This document shows positions 10,689-20,744 of a stretch of DNA of 64,000 nucleotides, piece after piece; within the stretch, counting starts at the first letter, position 1; each line of letters opens with the position of its first letter. The DNA lies in contig JANQKV010000030.1 in assembly GCA_028280945.1 (NCBI GenBank), positions 100,275 to 164,274 of the forward strand, in the 5' to 3' direction. The DNA comes from Opitutaceae bacterium. Lineage in GTDB: Bacteria; Verrucomicrobiota; Verrucomicrobiia; Opitutales; Opitutaceae. The translations under genes were made by a program, and so were the position numbers. Below the pieces are notes generated by a model. That model was not told where the DNA came from, ran no database searches, and saw nothing but the letters and a program-made list of their open reading frames with translations.

Positions 10689-10952
10689 ATGTCCGACCAA
10701 AAAACTATCGACCAACGGGTTAAGGAAATCATCGTTAACCAACTCAATGTGAACGAGGAACAAATCACGCCGGAGGCGTCATTCCTCGACGACCTTGGTG
10801 CTGATTCTCTCGATACTGTCGAGCTGATCATGGCTTTCGAGGAAGAGTTCAAGGATGAGATTCAGGGAGAAATCCCGGAGTCCGATGCCGAGAAGCTGCA
10901 GACCGTCGGTCAAGTCACTGACTACATCAAAGGCAAAGCGGGTAGCAGCTAA
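10689..10952 (+). CDS. acpP: acyl carrier protein
   Basis: [13 protein letters not shown] phosphopantetheine site. Confidence 0.97.
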   Translation: MSDQKTIDQRVKEIIVNQLNVNEEQITPEASFLDDLGADSLDTVELIMAFEEEFKDEIQGEIPESDAEKLQTVGQVTDYIKGKAGSS

Positions 10953-10974
10953 GGCGCCCGACCAATCAGTTTAG

Positions 10975-11021
10975 GGCGTCCTACCCGGTCTCGTGAGAGC
11001 CTGTCGGTAGGGCGCCTTTTT
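10975..11021 (+). terminator. intrinsic terminator-like hairpin between acpP and fabF
   Basis: GGCGTCCTACC ... GGTAGGGCGCC stem (one G-U pair) followed by TTTTT. Confidence 0.7.
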
Positions 11022-11048
11022 ATTTCATCAATTGCTTAGGTTCTAGCG

Positions 11049-12302
11049 ATGTCTACATCCCTGCCTGATTCTCAACGTGTGGTCGTAACCGGTATTGGTG
11101 CCATTCACGGCCTCGGACACAACGCCGACGCTTTTTGGTCCAGTCTCAAGGCCGGCACCCCGGGTATCGATCGGGTTTCCCAGTTCGACCCGGAGCCCTT
11201 TGCCTGCCAGATAGGTGCCGAGGTGCGCGACTGGGATGTGACCCAGCACATGGATCCGAAGGAGGCCCGCCGGAACGACCGCTATACGCACTTCGGTTAC
11301 GTTGCATCGCAGCAGGCGGTGACTGACTCCGGTTTGCAGATGGACCAGGAGAACCCGGACGAGATTGGTGTTCTGGTGGGATCGGGCATCGGAGGCATGC
11401 AGACCTACGAACAACAGCTGCGCCGGCTGGTGGAGTTTGGTCCGCGTAAAGTCTCGCCGTTCACCATTCCGGCGCTGATCGGCAACATCTGTTCGGGCAT
11501 GGTGGCGATTCACTACGGTGCGCGGGGGCCCAATTTTGGGGTGGTTTCCGCCTGCGCCACCGCCACGCATGCGATTGGTGAGGCCATGCACATGATCCGT
11601 CGCGGTGATGCCCGGGTCATGATCGCGGGTGGTGCCGAGGCGTCGATTACACCGTTTGCCTATGCGAGCTTCTGCTCGATGAAGGCTATGAGCACGCGCA
11701 ACGACGATCCCCCAACCGCCAGCCGGCCCTTCTCCCTGGGACGCGATGGTTTTGTGATGGGGGAAGGAGCGGGGGTGCTCGTGCTGGAAGCCTTTGACCG
11801 GGCAAAGGCGCGGGGTGCCAGGATTTATGGTGAGGTCGCCGCCTACGCCGCGACGGCCGATGCCCACCACATCACTATGCCGGATCCCGAAGGCAAGGGT
11901 CTGGGCATGGCCATGAGTCGCGCGCTTCGAGGAGCCGAGTTGGCGCCCGGCGATATTGACTACGTCAATGCTCACGGCACTTCCACGCCCTACAATGACA
12001 AGTTTGAGACGCTGGCGATCAAACGGCTCTTCGGTGATCATGCGGCTCAAATGCCCGTCTCATCCACAAAATCGATGACCGGTCACCTCTTGGGAGCGGC
12101 GGGAGGGATCGAAAGTGTCGCCTGTCTGAAGGCGATAGACGATCAGGTGCTGCCGCCTACCATCAATCTCATCGAACCCGACCCGGAGTGTGATCTCGAT
12201 TATGTGCCCAACGAAGCCCGCGAGGCCAAGGTGGACGCTGTGTTGAGCAACAACCTCGGATTCGGAGGCCAAAACGCGGCCGTCGTCTTCCGCAGGGTGT
12301 AA
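11049..12302 (+). CDS. fabF: beta-ketoacyl-ACP synthase II
   Basis: SACAT, NAHGTST, GHLLGAAG catalytic motifs. Confidence 0.95.
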   Translation: MSTSLPDSQRVVVTGIGAIHGLGHNADAFWSSLKAGTPGIDRVSQFDPEPFACQIGAEVRDWDVTQHMDPKEARRNDRYTHFGYVASQQAVTDSGLQMDQENPDEIGVLVGSGIGGMQTYEQQLRRLVEFGPRKVSPFTIPALIGNICSGMVAIHYGARGPNFGVVSACATATHAIGEAMHMIRRGDARVMIAGGAEASITPFAYASFCSMKAMSTRNDDPPTASRPFSLGRDGFVMGEGAGVLVLEAFDRAKARGARIYGEVAAYAATADAHHITMPDPEGKGLGMAMSRALRGAELAPGDIDYVNAHGTSTPYNDKFETLAIKRLFGDHAAQMPVSSTKSMTGHLLGAAGGIESVACLKAIDDQVLPPTINLIEPDPECDLDYVPNEAREAKVDAVLSNNLGFGGQNAAVVFRRV

Positions 12303-12361
12303 ACTCGGCCAACAGGCGCCGCGGGCGCCGGCGAGCGTCCTTTCGATTGGAAATGAAACAC

Positions 12362-12389
12362 AAAAAAGCCGTCCTTCACGAGGACGGCT
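12362..12389 (-). terminator. intrinsic terminator downstream of rpmB
   Basis: Perfect 9-bp stem AGCCGTCCT/AGGACGGCT with an A-run on the + strand, giving a U-tract on the - strand. Confidence 0.8.
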
Positions 12390-12418
12390 GGAAGTGGATG
12401 AGAGGTGGGCTTTGGGAC

Positions 12419-12649
12419 TCAGACCTTCTGCACGAGGCCGGCTTTAAGAGCCTTCACCGAAACCCAAACGCGCTTGATGGAGCCATTGGGCAATTTGACG
12501 CGAACCCGCTGCACGTTGGGTTTAAAACGGCGTTTTGTCGTCTTGGTAACGTGCGTGCCGATGCCGCCGCTTTTCTTAGCGACACCTTTGCGGTGAATGA
12601 TGCGACCCGTGGTCGGGCGTTTTCCAGTGATGGCACAGATTCGGGACAT
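12419..12649 (-). CDS. rpmB: 50S ribosomal protein L28
   Basis: MSRICAITGK...TKRRFKPNVQ. Confidence 0.95.
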   Translation of the reverse strand: MSRICAITGKRPTTGRIIHRKGVAKKSGGIGTHVTKTTKRRFKPNVQRVRVKLPNGSIKRVWVSVKALKAGLVQKV

Positions 12650-12713
12650 GGCGTTTTCTCGTGTTAAAAGGACGGGAATTAAGGGTTTGGCGAAGGGCGG
12701 GGCAAGGGGAATC

Positions 12714-13709
12714 TCAGGATTTGTCCCGCCACGCGCTCAGCACTTGGAATTTCTGCCCAAGTGATGACGGATGAAGGAGTTGCATGAGTCCTGCCTTTCG
12801 TGGACTCATTTGGCCCGCTTCTGCAGTCATGATTTTTGACAAGGTTTGATCGGCATTTTTGACCAAAAAAGCCTCTTGGAACACCACCGGCTGACTGAAA
12901 AAGCCTGCGTTCGTGAGAGCTTCGGTGAGGTGGTCCCAGCAGATGTGACAGGTGAGATCCTGCTGCCCCATGTTCGCGAGCACGTCGGTGGATTGGCGAT
13001 GGTTTTGGTAAGCTCGGACCGTGCCTTGAGGCGTTTCGCTCAGGAGTTCCTGCCGGGACTTTCCGTAATCGAAGGCCAGAAACAGTCCGTGCCACGGGTC
13101 ATGGGCAAGTCGTTTGATCAGCTCGCGGGCACCGGTTGGGTAGTCGACATGGTAACCCGCGGGGCCGCAGGTGGGCAAATCGGGAGGCAGGTCGATTGCA
13201 GTCACGACCGTTTCCGAAATTCCCTCTTCCGTCAGGCCAACGCCGATTTCCTGCCAATTTTCACCATCGCCGCGAAAACGGCGGCAGGGTTGGGCGTCAA
13301 ACAGCTCGTTGGAAAAAACGATACAAGCCCCCGAGAGTGCTGTATCGTCGTCCGGACCGCGGGTTTCGACGGACTCAAACGGGTGCGTTACGCCATCCAA
13401 CACGCTGCGACCGCCCTCTGCGCCGAGTTCGATGAATCGAAACATCGACGCATCATTCGGTCCCAACAACTTTTCGACACTGGCGGCCACCAACTCCCCA
13501 AAAACGGGACCGAACGACGAGCTGGTGAAAAAGTCGGTTTTCGGGTCGCGCCCTATTCGATCCCGATTTCGCCGGTAGTACCCTTCGGTCGGGTGGTAGA
13601 GCGCCACCTCCATAAACGCATCAAATCCGATGAAGCCCTGCTCATCAGCGTGCGTTTGAAGGGCTTCCCGTTGGGCCGGGGAAACCGGGCTGGTTTTGGA
13701 TGAACCCAT
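12714..13709 (-). CDS. SAM-dependent methyltransferase, MidA/NDUFAF7 family
   Basis: FMEVALYHPTEGYY, DFFTS, IELGA, SNELFDA, FDYG, QDLTCH. Confidence 0.8.
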   Translation of the reverse strand: MGSSKTSPVSPAQREALQTHADEQGFIGFDAFMEVALYHPTEGYYRRNRDRIGRDPKTDFFTSSSFGPVFGELVAASVEKLLGPNDASMFRFIELGAEGGRSVLDGVTHPFESVETRGPDDDTALSGACIVFSNELFDAQPCRRFRGDGENWQEIGVGLTEEGISETVVTAIDLPPDLPTCGPAGYHVDYPTGARELIKRLAHDPWHGLFLAFDYGKSRQELLSETPQGTVRAYQNHRQSTDVLANMGQQDLTCHICWDHLTEALTNAGFFSQPVVFQEAFLVKNADQTLSKIMTAEAGQMSPRKAGLMQLLHPSSLGQKFQVLSAWRDKS

Positions 13710-13742
13710 TTACATCTGCGATGCATTGTCCACAGTCTCCGG
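13709..13742 (+). promoter_or_regulatory. putative promoter for leaderless ctpA-tsaD transcript
   Basis: TTTACA (13709-14), 16 nt, CACAGT (13731-36), 6 nt, GTG start. Confidence 0.4.
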
Positions 13743-15008
13743 GTGCACAAACGCATTTTATCGATCTTGCTGGGAATGTCGGTCGGCAGCCTGCTGGCGA
13801 TGGGCCTGCTGCAACTCGCGCAGTTGATCGGCTGGGTGGGCGATCGGGAAGTCTCCTCTTCCGCCCGCTACTATCGCGAGGTCATGAATCTGGTGCGGGA
13901 CCGCTATGTGGATCCCGAGGCGGTGCAACCCAAGGCCATGACCCGCGATGCGCTTCGTGGCATGATGCGCAGTCTCGACGCCAATTCGGACTTCATGGCG
14001 GTCTCCGACTACGAGCATTTGCGTGAGGATCTCGAAAGCAACTTCGGCGGGATCGGGGTGCAGATTGAGTTTCGCGATGGTTTTGTGGTGGTGATTGCTC
14101 CGATTGCCGGAACACCCGGTGAACGGGCGGGCATCCTGCGGGGAGACCGGGTCATTGCGGTGGATGGTGAATCGATGGTGGGAGCGTCGATCAACCAGGT
14201 TGTGGAACGCATGCGCGGCATACCCGGCACGGACGTTCAGATTACCTTTAACCGGCCCGGTCAGGAAGAGCCCATCGAGGTCACCGTCACCCGCGAAATC
14301 ATCGAAGTGGAAAGTGTGGCCAATATCGAGATGCTCGATGGGCAGATTGGCTACGTGCGAGTGGTGCAGTTCGCCGAGCCGACCGCCGATGAGTTTCGTG
14401 CCGCCATCGAATCGCTGATCCTCCAAGGCATGCAGGCGCTCATCATTGACGTGCGCAACAACCCGGGGGGCATTCTCACCGTGGCCAAAGAGATGTTGGA
14501 ACCGTTTTTTCCTGAGGGGGAGTTGATGGTCTATACCGAGGGACGTGACTCCCTGGACCGGGAGGAGTTTCGATCGACCAACACCGGCGAGGTATGGACC
14601 TTTCCCATTGCCGTCCTGATCAACGGCGGGTCAGCCAGTGCCTCGGAGTTGTTGGCGGGTTCGCTCAAAGACACCGATCGGGCGGAAATCATCGGCGAGC
14701 AGTCATTTGGCAAGGGTTCGGTGCAGTCACTGATTCGACTGCGTTCCGGCGAGGCCCTGCGATTGACGACGGCACGGTTTTACACCCCGTCGGGCCAGAC
14801 TTTGGACAAGGTGGGCGTGACTCCTGATATTGAGGTGGTGATGACTCCGGCTGATGACTTTAACATCGCCCTGCAGCGCAATCGTCCGGATTTGGATGAT
14901 CCGGAGGAATTCAATGAGCGTTTTGGGTCCTACCCGGTGGATGACGAGCCGCTTGAGGCCGCCGTCGCCGCGCTGACCGAAAACATGGCGGGCGTCGCCA
15001 CCCCATGA
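13743..15008 (+). CDS. ctpA: carboxy-terminal processing protease, S41 family
   Basis: N-terminal TM; FGGIG PDZ domain; DVRNNPGG; SASASE; GKGSVQ. Confidence 0.9.
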   Translation: MHKRILSILLGMSVGSLLAMGLLQLAQLIGWVGDREVSSSARYYREVMNLVRDRYVDPEAVQPKAMTRDALRGMMRSLDANSDFMAVSDYEHLREDLESNFGGIGVQIEFRDGFVVVIAPIAGTPGERAGILRGDRVIAVDGESMVGASINQVVERMRGIPGTDVQITFNRPGQEEPIEVTVTREIIEVESVANIEMLDGQIGYVRVVQFAEPTADEFRAAIESLILQGMQALIIDVRNNPGGILTVAKEMLEPFFPEGELMVYTEGRDSLDREEFRSTNTGEVWTFPIAVLINGGSASASELLAGSLKDTDRAEIIGEQSFGKGSVQSLIRLRSGEALRLTTARFYTPSGQTLDKVGVTPDIEVVMTPADDFNIALQRNRPDLDDPEEFNERFGSYPVDDEPLEAAVAALTENMAGVATP

Positions 15009-16033
15009 TTCTGGCCGTCGAGAGTTCGTGTGACGAAAGCGCGTTGGCGTTGTTCGACCCCGCGGTGGGCCTGGTGGGGGAGTGGATTCATAGTCAGATG
15101 GAGGTTCACCAGGACTACGGGGGGGTCGTGCCGGATATCGCAACGCGAGAGCACTTGCGGACTTTTGCGCCCATGTTGACCCGGGTGCAGGCTGAGCACG
15201 ACTTGAACCGGGTCACTCGAATCGCGGTCACCTGCGGTCCCGGGCTGGCCGGTTGCCTGGCGATTGGCGTTGCTGCCGCCAAGGCCCTGTGCGTTGCGCT
15301 GGAAACAGAGTTGGTTGGTGCGAACCACCTGCGCGGCCATGCCTGGTCACCCTTCATTCCTGTGCACGCCGAGGCCCCGGCCGGGTTTGACGCTCGGTTG
15401 GCCGAGCTCTTGCCCCACTTGGGTTTGATCGTTTCGGGAGGGAACACACTCCTCTGCAAGATCGATGCCCAGCGCACAATCTCCGTGCTGTCTTCGACGC
15501 GTGACGATGCGGCGGGCGAGGCGCTCGACAAAGGGGCAAAACTCATGGGACTGGCTTATCCTGGTGGCCCGTTGGTGGAAAAACTGGCCCGCTCGGGCGA
15601 TTCGGCGGCCTTCAATTTTCCACGGGGCATCGGCCGCAAGGCCGACCTGGATTTCAGTTTTTCCGGATTGAAGACCGCCTTACGTTATCAGTTGGAGAAA
15701 ATGTCGCCGGAAGAAATCGAGACGGCCAAAGCCGACTTGTGCGCGAGTTACCAGCAGGCCGTCATCGATGCCCTGGTGCGCAAGACGGAGTCGGCGGTAC
15801 GAACGGATGCGTTTCGCAGTGTGGGGCTGTCCGGTGGGGTGGCCAACAATGCGTCCCTGCGCCGAGCCCTGTCTGAATCAATGCAGCGCCGTCAGCTTCC
15901 GTTGTTGGCGGCCGAGCCGAAGCACACCGGAGACAACGCCGGCATGATTGCGTTCGCCGCCTGGGTGGACCCGGGCGTGCAGCCGAGTTCGCCGGCGCAA
16001 TTGGAAATCGCGCCGGGGGCGCCGCTCGCCTGA
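15005..16033 (+). CDS. tsaD: tRNA N6-threonylcarbamoyltransferase
   Basis: LAVESSCDE, NHLRGH, DDAAGEALDK, FSFSGLKT, DNAGMIA; ATGA overlap with ctpA. Confidence 0.95.
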   Translation: MILAVESSCDESALALFDPAVGLVGEWIHSQMEVHQDYGGVVPDIATREHLRTFAPMLTRVQAEHDLNRVTRIAVTCGPGLAGCLAIGVAAAKALCVALETELVGANHLRGHAWSPFIPVHAEAPAGFDARLAELLPHLGLIVSGGNTLLCKIDAQRTISVLSSTRDDAAGEALDKGAKLMGLAYPGGPLVEKLARSGDSAAFNFPRGIGRKADLDFSFSGLKTALRYQLEKMSPEEIETAKADLCASYQQAVIDALVRKTESAVRTDAFRSVGLSGGVANNASLRRALSESMQRRQLPLLAAEPKHTGDNAGMIAFAAWVDPGVQPSSPAQLEIAPGAPLA

Positions 16034-16038
16034 TTTAA

Positions 16039-17589
16039 TCAGTTGGCGTTGAAATTGATCGGTTCGTCGACGACCAGCGGATCGGGGAAGTCAGCGGCCT
16101 TTTTGCCGCCCCGGGGGCCGAGTCGTTTGTTGGCGGAACGATGGCTGGGCGGATTGAGCGGGATCTCCATGCCACCCAGTTCGTCCATCATGGCGTAGAG
16201 TCGATCCTTCAGGTCGGCAGCGATGTCCGCATAACCGTCCGTGTAGAGCAGGTTGGTGGTTTCGTCCGGATCGGCCTGCAGGTCGTAAAGCTCATCCACA
16301 TCCCAAAGTCCGTAGTAGTTGATGTATTTGTAGCGATCCGTGCGCAGGGCGAAGACCGTGGGGGACTGCGGAAAATTCTTTTCCCAGTAATACACGTAGA
16401 GGAAGTTTTCGCGCCAGGGAATGTCCTCGCCTTGGGCCAGCGGGATGAAGCTTTGGCCGTCCATGTGCGGCGGGGTGGCGAGTCCCATCGCGTCCATGAT
16501 GGTGGGGCCGATGTCGATGTTGGCGACGACCTCGTCGACCACCGTTCCGCTCGCAAAAAGCTCCGGGCAGTGCATGAGCAGAGGCACCCGGATGGACGTG
16601 TCGTAGGCGACGCGTTTGTCGATCAGCCCGTGTTCACCGAACATGAATCCGTTGTCGCCCATGTAGATGACCAAGGTCTCGTCGGCGATGCCCATGGACT
16701 CGAGCTGCTCCATGACCCGCGCGATGCTGTCGTCCACGCTGCGCAGCGACTCGCAGTAGCGTTTATAGTAACGCTCGATGTCGAGGTTGCTGTGATAGGG
16801 GAAGTCCACGCCATGCCAGCTGTTGCGCTGGTCGCGCAGCCAGCGGGGGCGGTGGTGATAGTTTTCCGGAGTGTCTGCCTCAGTCGCGGGCCGGTCATAG
16901 GGCCGGTCGGCCAGGGTGTCCTCGTATTTTTCCTCGGGAGTGAAGTTGGCGTGAACCGCCTTGTGCGAGAGGTAGAGGAAGAAGGGGTGGTCGGAGTCGC
17001 GCTGCTCCTCCAACCAATCCACCGCATAATCGGTGAGTTCGGTGGTGATGTAGCCTTTTTGCGGAACGTCCACGCCGTCGACATTGAGGGTATTGCCGGT
17101 GGGCAGATACTGGCCCTGGCCCCGGAAACTCACCCACCGGTCGAAGCCGGGACGGGGATCGTCGTTGTGATCTCCCATGTGCCACTTGCCAACGTAGGCG
17201 GTCTTGTAACCGGCCTTTTGAAGATATTGCGGAAAATACAGCGTGCCTTCCGGCACCGCCCGGTTGTTGTCGATCACCCGGTGCCGAAACGTGTAAAGGC
17301 CGGTCAAAATCGAGGCGCGGCTGGGCGAACAAAGCGAGGTGGTGACAAAGGCGTTTTTCAGATGCACCCCATCCCGGGCCATGGCGTCCATTTGAGGCGT
17401 GATTGCCAGCGGGTGCCCCATGAATCCCATGGCATCGTAGCGGTGGTCATCGGAAAGGATGAAGACCACGTTTCGCGGTTCAGCCTGGGGCTGAAACTCG
17501 GGCTCAACGGTATCGGGCACGGGGACGATGCCGGCAACAATCGCGACAGCTGAAGCCGCCGAAGACAGGACAGATAAGAACGGTTTCAT
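16039..17589 (-). CDS. secreted sulfatase (S1, Cys-type)
   Basis: Signal peptide; ILSDDH, SLCSPSRASILTG (CxPxR), GKWH, GDNG. Confidence 0.95.
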   Translation of the reverse strand: MKPFLSVLSSAASAVAIVAGIVPVPDTVEPEFQPQAEPRNVVFILSDDHRYDAMGFMGHPLAITPQMDAMARDGVHLKNAFVTTSLCSPSRASILTGLYTFRHRVIDNNRAVPEGTLYFPQYLQKAGYKTAYVGKWHMGDHNDDPRPGFDRWVSFRGQGQYLPTGNTLNVDGVDVPQKGYITTELTDYAVDWLEEQRDSDHPFFLYLSHKAVHANFTPEEKYEDTLADRPYDRPATEADTPENYHHRPRWLRDQRNSWHGVDFPYHSNLDIERYYKRYCESLRSVDDSIARVMEQLESMGIADETLVIYMGDNGFMFGEHGLIDKRVAYDTSIRVPLLMHCPELFASGTVVDEVVANIDIGPTIMDAMGLATPPHMDGQSFIPLAQGEDIPWRENFLYVYYWEKNFPQSPTVFALRTDRYKYINYYGLWDVDELYDLQADPDETTNLLYTDGYADIAADLKDRLYAMMDELGGMEIPLNPPSHRSANKRLGPRGGKKAADFPDPLVVDEPINFNAN

Positions 17590-17679
17590 AGGGGAGGATT
17601 CTGGGACCGGTCAGGAGATCAGAAGTCTCTGGGCCCGTCCACCCCTGTTCCAGTTATCAGGTTAACCGGTGCGCAAAAA

Positions 17680-19152
17680 TCAGGCGTATTCCCGCCGCAG
17701 GTTGCTGGGCAAAAGCCCGAGTTCCTCGCGATATTTGGCCACGGTGCGTCGCGCGATCTTGAGGCCCTTTTCCTGCAACTTTGTCACCAGTTCCTGATCG
17801 CTGAAGGGGCGGCTCTTATCCTCGGTTTCGATCAACTCATTGATCATTTCCTTTACGCTGGTGTTGGAAACCTGGGCACCGCCCTCGGACTGGTAGCCCG
17901 GCGTGAAGAAGAATTTAAAATCAAAAACCCCATGGGGCGTGCGAATGTACTTGTTGGCGATCGCGCGGCTGACCGTCGTTTCATGCACGCCCACGATGTC
18001 CGCGATCTGCGTCATGGTAAGGGGCTGCAGTTTGGATACGCCTTCCTCGAAGAAGGGCTCCTGCGCTTTGATGATCTCCCGCGTGATCCGCTCGATCGTC
18101 TGTTGGCGTTGCTCGATCGAGTTGATCAGGAAGCGGCCGCTGCGCATGCGTTCCCGCACATAATCGCGTTCCTGCCGGGTGAGCGATCCTTTGGCGATCA
18201 TCTCCTTGTAGGTGTTCGATATACGCAGACGTGGAATGTAGTCGCTGTTGAGGTGGATCTTCCATTCGTCGCCGTCGCGCTCAACGGTCACATCGGGAAC
18301 GACCACGCGGTTGTTGTCCTCGGCGAAACGGCGCCCGGGGGCGGGGTCGAGGGTGCCGATTTCTTCCACCGCGGATTGCACGTCTTCCAGCGGAGCCGCC
18401 GCCCGGCGGGCGATGTCGGGTATACGGCGGCGGATAAGCAGGGGAAACTGATTGCGGATAATGCGTCCGGCCAGGGATTCCCCACGGCCTTTGGCGACCA
18501 GCTGCAGCAGCAGGCACTCCTGCAGGTCCTTCGCCCCGATGCCCGCCGGTTCAAAGGTCTGGAGCAGGGCGTGGGCGGTCTGCACGGCCTCCAGTGGCAG
18601 AGCGGTCTGAAGCGAGATGTCGGGAATGGACTGCGTGAGGAAACCGCGATCGTCCAGACTGCCGACCAGAAAACGCATTGCCTCCATGCTGTCGTTGTCG
18701 AGGTCGGACATCTCGGCCTGACTCATGAGGTGCTCCTGCAATGACGTCTCACTGACGAGCGAATCGAAGAAGTGCTGGCGCTTTTCATCGTCTTCGACCG
18801 TGGGCGTCTGGTTGCCGCCCGCATTGGCCATATAATCGCGCCAGTCCTGATCGAGCTTGGTCAGGATCTCAAACTCCTTGGAGAAATCGAGCTCCTCGCC
18901 GCCGGTCTCGGTACTATCCGCGTTTGCCGGGGTGTCATTGTTGTCGGAGTCGGCCTTCTCCCGATCCAGGCTCACGCCTTCCATCGGCAGTTCCTCGAGC
19001 GTGGGGTTTTCCTGCAGTTCCTCTTGGATGACGGTGCGGAGGTCCAGAGCGGCCACCTGCAGGATCTTCAACGACTGGCGCAACTGCGGCGCCAGCACCA
19101 GCGACTGCGTTTGTCGCTGACTCAGCCCTTGGGAAAATCCAGGTCCAGCCAT
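17680..19152 (-). CDS. rpoN: RNA polymerase sigma-54 factor
   Basis: Gln/Leu-rich region I, HETTVSRA HTH, ARRTVAKYR RpoN box. Confidence 0.97.
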   Translation of the reverse strand: MAGPGFSQGLSQRQTQSLVLAPQLRQSLKILQVAALDLRTVIQEELQENPTLEELPMEGVSLDREKADSDNNDTPANADSTETGGEELDFSKEFEILTKLDQDWRDYMANAGGNQTPTVEDDEKRQHFFDSLVSETSLQEHLMSQAEMSDLDNDSMEAMRFLVGSLDDRGFLTQSIPDISLQTALPLEAVQTAHALLQTFEPAGIGAKDLQECLLLQLVAKGRGESLAGRIIRNQFPLLIRRRIPDIARRAAAPLEDVQSAVEEIGTLDPAPGRRFAEDNNRVVVPDVTVERDGDEWKIHLNSDYIPRLRISNTYKEMIAKGSLTRQERDYVRERMRSGRFLINSIEQRQQTIERITREIIKAQEPFFEEGVSKLQPLTMTQIADIVGVHETTVSRAIANKYIRTPHGVFDFKFFFTPGYQSEGGAQVSNTSVKEMINELIETEDKSRPFSDQELVTKLQEKGLKIARRTVAKYREELGLLPSNLRREYA

Positions 19153-19176
19153 GATCAGAAGGCGCGTTGGGCGTCG

Positions 19177-20166
19177 TCAGCCTTGTTGCGGGTGGGTGGG
19201 CGGCACATTGATGGGGGAGCGGGACCCCGGGGGAGCATAGCCCATCAATTCACGCAGGTAGACACCGAGCTTTTCGTTGGTGGGCCCGTAGCCGTCCGAA
19301 TAAAGGTAGAGTTCGAGTTCGGTGAGGACTTCGAAGGAGGTTTGGAATCGTTTGTCGCGGTCCCGCTTCAGGAGCCGTTGAATGATGTCCTCCAGCTTTT
19401 CATCGACCTCCGGCCGGAGGTCACCGAAACGCGGAATGGGCATCGTCAGAATGTTGCGGCGGGAGTCCAGGCGGTCGGGCGCGCGGAAAATGTTTCTCGA
19501 GAGGAGCTGTTCCGTGAGCACGATGCCGAGGGCGAAGAGGTCGGCACGACCATCGGTCACCGCGTAACTCGCCTGTTCCGGGGAAAGATATTCGTCTTTG
19601 CCCGCGATAACCTTGCCTTCTTCATTATACATCAGGTCGAGGGCCTTCGCGATGCCGAAGTCGGTCAGCTTCACGTCACCCTCCCAGGCCAGCATGATGT
19701 TCTTGGGACCGATGTCGCGATGCACGATGCCGAGAAGGCGGCCCTCGCGGTCGCATTTTTGGTGTGCGTAGGCCAGGCCGCGGGCGACCCGGGAGCAGAT
19801 GAACACCGCAATATCGACGGGGATAGGCCGGTTGAGCTCGCGGTGTTTCTCCAGAAATTGATCCAGGCTCACTCCGTTCACGTACTCCATGACCATGAAA
19901 TACTGATTGTTGGCCTGGCCGAGATGATAGGTCTGAACGATGTTGGTGTGGATCAAGTCCGCCACCAATCGCGCCTCACCGATGAAGTTCTTCTGAAACT
20001 CCGGGATGGATGAATACTCCTCCCGGATGAGTTTGATCGCCACGCTTTTGCTGAACTGACCGGCTCCCTTTTGCAGCGCCTCGTAAACCAAGCCCATGCC
20101 GCCGTCGGCGATCTTGCGGACCATCTCGTAGGAGACTTCGTTGGAAAGGTTTTGCAACGCGTTCAC
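19177..20166 (-). CDS. soluble Hanks-type Ser/Thr protein kinase
   Basis: GGMG loop, [20 protein letters not shown]; no TM segment. Confidence 0.9.
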   Translation of the reverse strand: MNALQNLSNEVSYEMVRKIADGGMGLVYEALQKGAGQFSKSVAIKLIREEYSSIPEFQKNFIGEARLVADLIHTNIVQTYHLGQANNQYFMVMEYVNGVSLDQFLEKHRELNRPIPVDIAVFICSRVARGLAYAHQKCDREGRLLGIVHRDIGPKNIMLAWEGDVKLTDFGIAKALDLMYNEEGKVIAGKDEYLSPEQASYAVTDGRADLFALGIVLTEQLLSRNIFRAPDRLDSRRNILTMPIPRFGDLRPEVDEKLEDIIQRLLKRDRDKRFQTSFEVLTELELYLYSDGYGPTNEKLGVYLRELMGYAPPGSRSPINVPPTHPQQG

Positions 20167-20250
20167 CCGAGCAGCAAAAAAGGGGAAAGAAGGGGAGGCA
20201 AGAAATCAAAATGCGGTCTAGCATGAAAACTGCTGTGGTCCGGCAACGAT

Positions 20251-20285
20251 TTGACAGCGCCTTCAGGTGGCACAGGTTTTGCCTC
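20251..20285 (+). promoter_or_regulatory. putative promoter for leaderless iscA/erpA transcript
   Basis: TTGACA (20251-56), 16 nt, CAGGTT (20273-78), 7 nt, ATG. Confidence 0.5.
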
Positions 20286-20603
20286 ATGATCACGTTGTCA
20301 GAACGCGCTGCTCGCAAAATCGAATCGATGCATGCCGAGGCTGCCGCCGGCGACAAGCTGCTGCGGGTTCTCGTGGAGACCGGAGGCTGTTCCGGCTTCC
20401 AATATGGCATGTCCTTCGACGAAGTGAAGGAGGACGACGAAAAGCTAGAGAGCCACGGCGTCACCTTTGTGGTGGACCCCGCCAGTCACGCCTACCTCGA
20501 CGGCTGCAACATCGACTTCGACGACGGCCTGCAAGGCAAGGGGTTTGAAATTCAAAACCCGAACGCGCAAAGCACCTGCGGCTGCGGCAAGTCTTTTAAC
20601 TAG
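20286..20603 (+). CDS. A-type Fe-S carrier protein (HesB/IscA/ErpA family)
   Basis: GGCSGFQY and NPNAQSTCGCGKSF motifs. Confidence 0.92.
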   Translation: MITLSERAARKIESMHAEAAAGDKLLRVLVETGGCSGFQYGMSFDEVKEDDEKLESHGVTFVVDPASHAYLDGCNIDFDDGLQGKGFEIQNPNAQSTCGCGKSFN

Positions 20604-20677
20604 GGCGACAGACGGAATAGAAGAGAGGTCGAGCCTCGCCATGGGGCGACGCGACTTGGCCGCCAAGACTTTGTTTC

Positions 20678-20743
20678 TGAGTAGTGTTGAGGTCTGGCGA
20701 CAGCGCGGCATGAGCCGACGTTACCAGCACCGTCTTGTTCGAA
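20678..20743 (-). repeat. attC-like site with degenerate R'
   Basis: - strand: TTCGAAC, 5 nt, GGTGCTGG ... CCAGACC, 6 nt, no GTT. The L boxes pair perfectly with one extra G; site begins 1 nt after the SnoaL stop. Confidence 0.65.
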
Positions 20744-20744
20744 T

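Noticed and set aside
20268-20282. Exact sigma-54 spacing TGGCAC-N5-TTGC near rpoN, before iscA
   Set aside because: The predicted start (~20294) falls downstream of the iscA ATG (20286). The overlapping TTGACA-16-CAGGTT reading fits better. TSS mapping would settle it.
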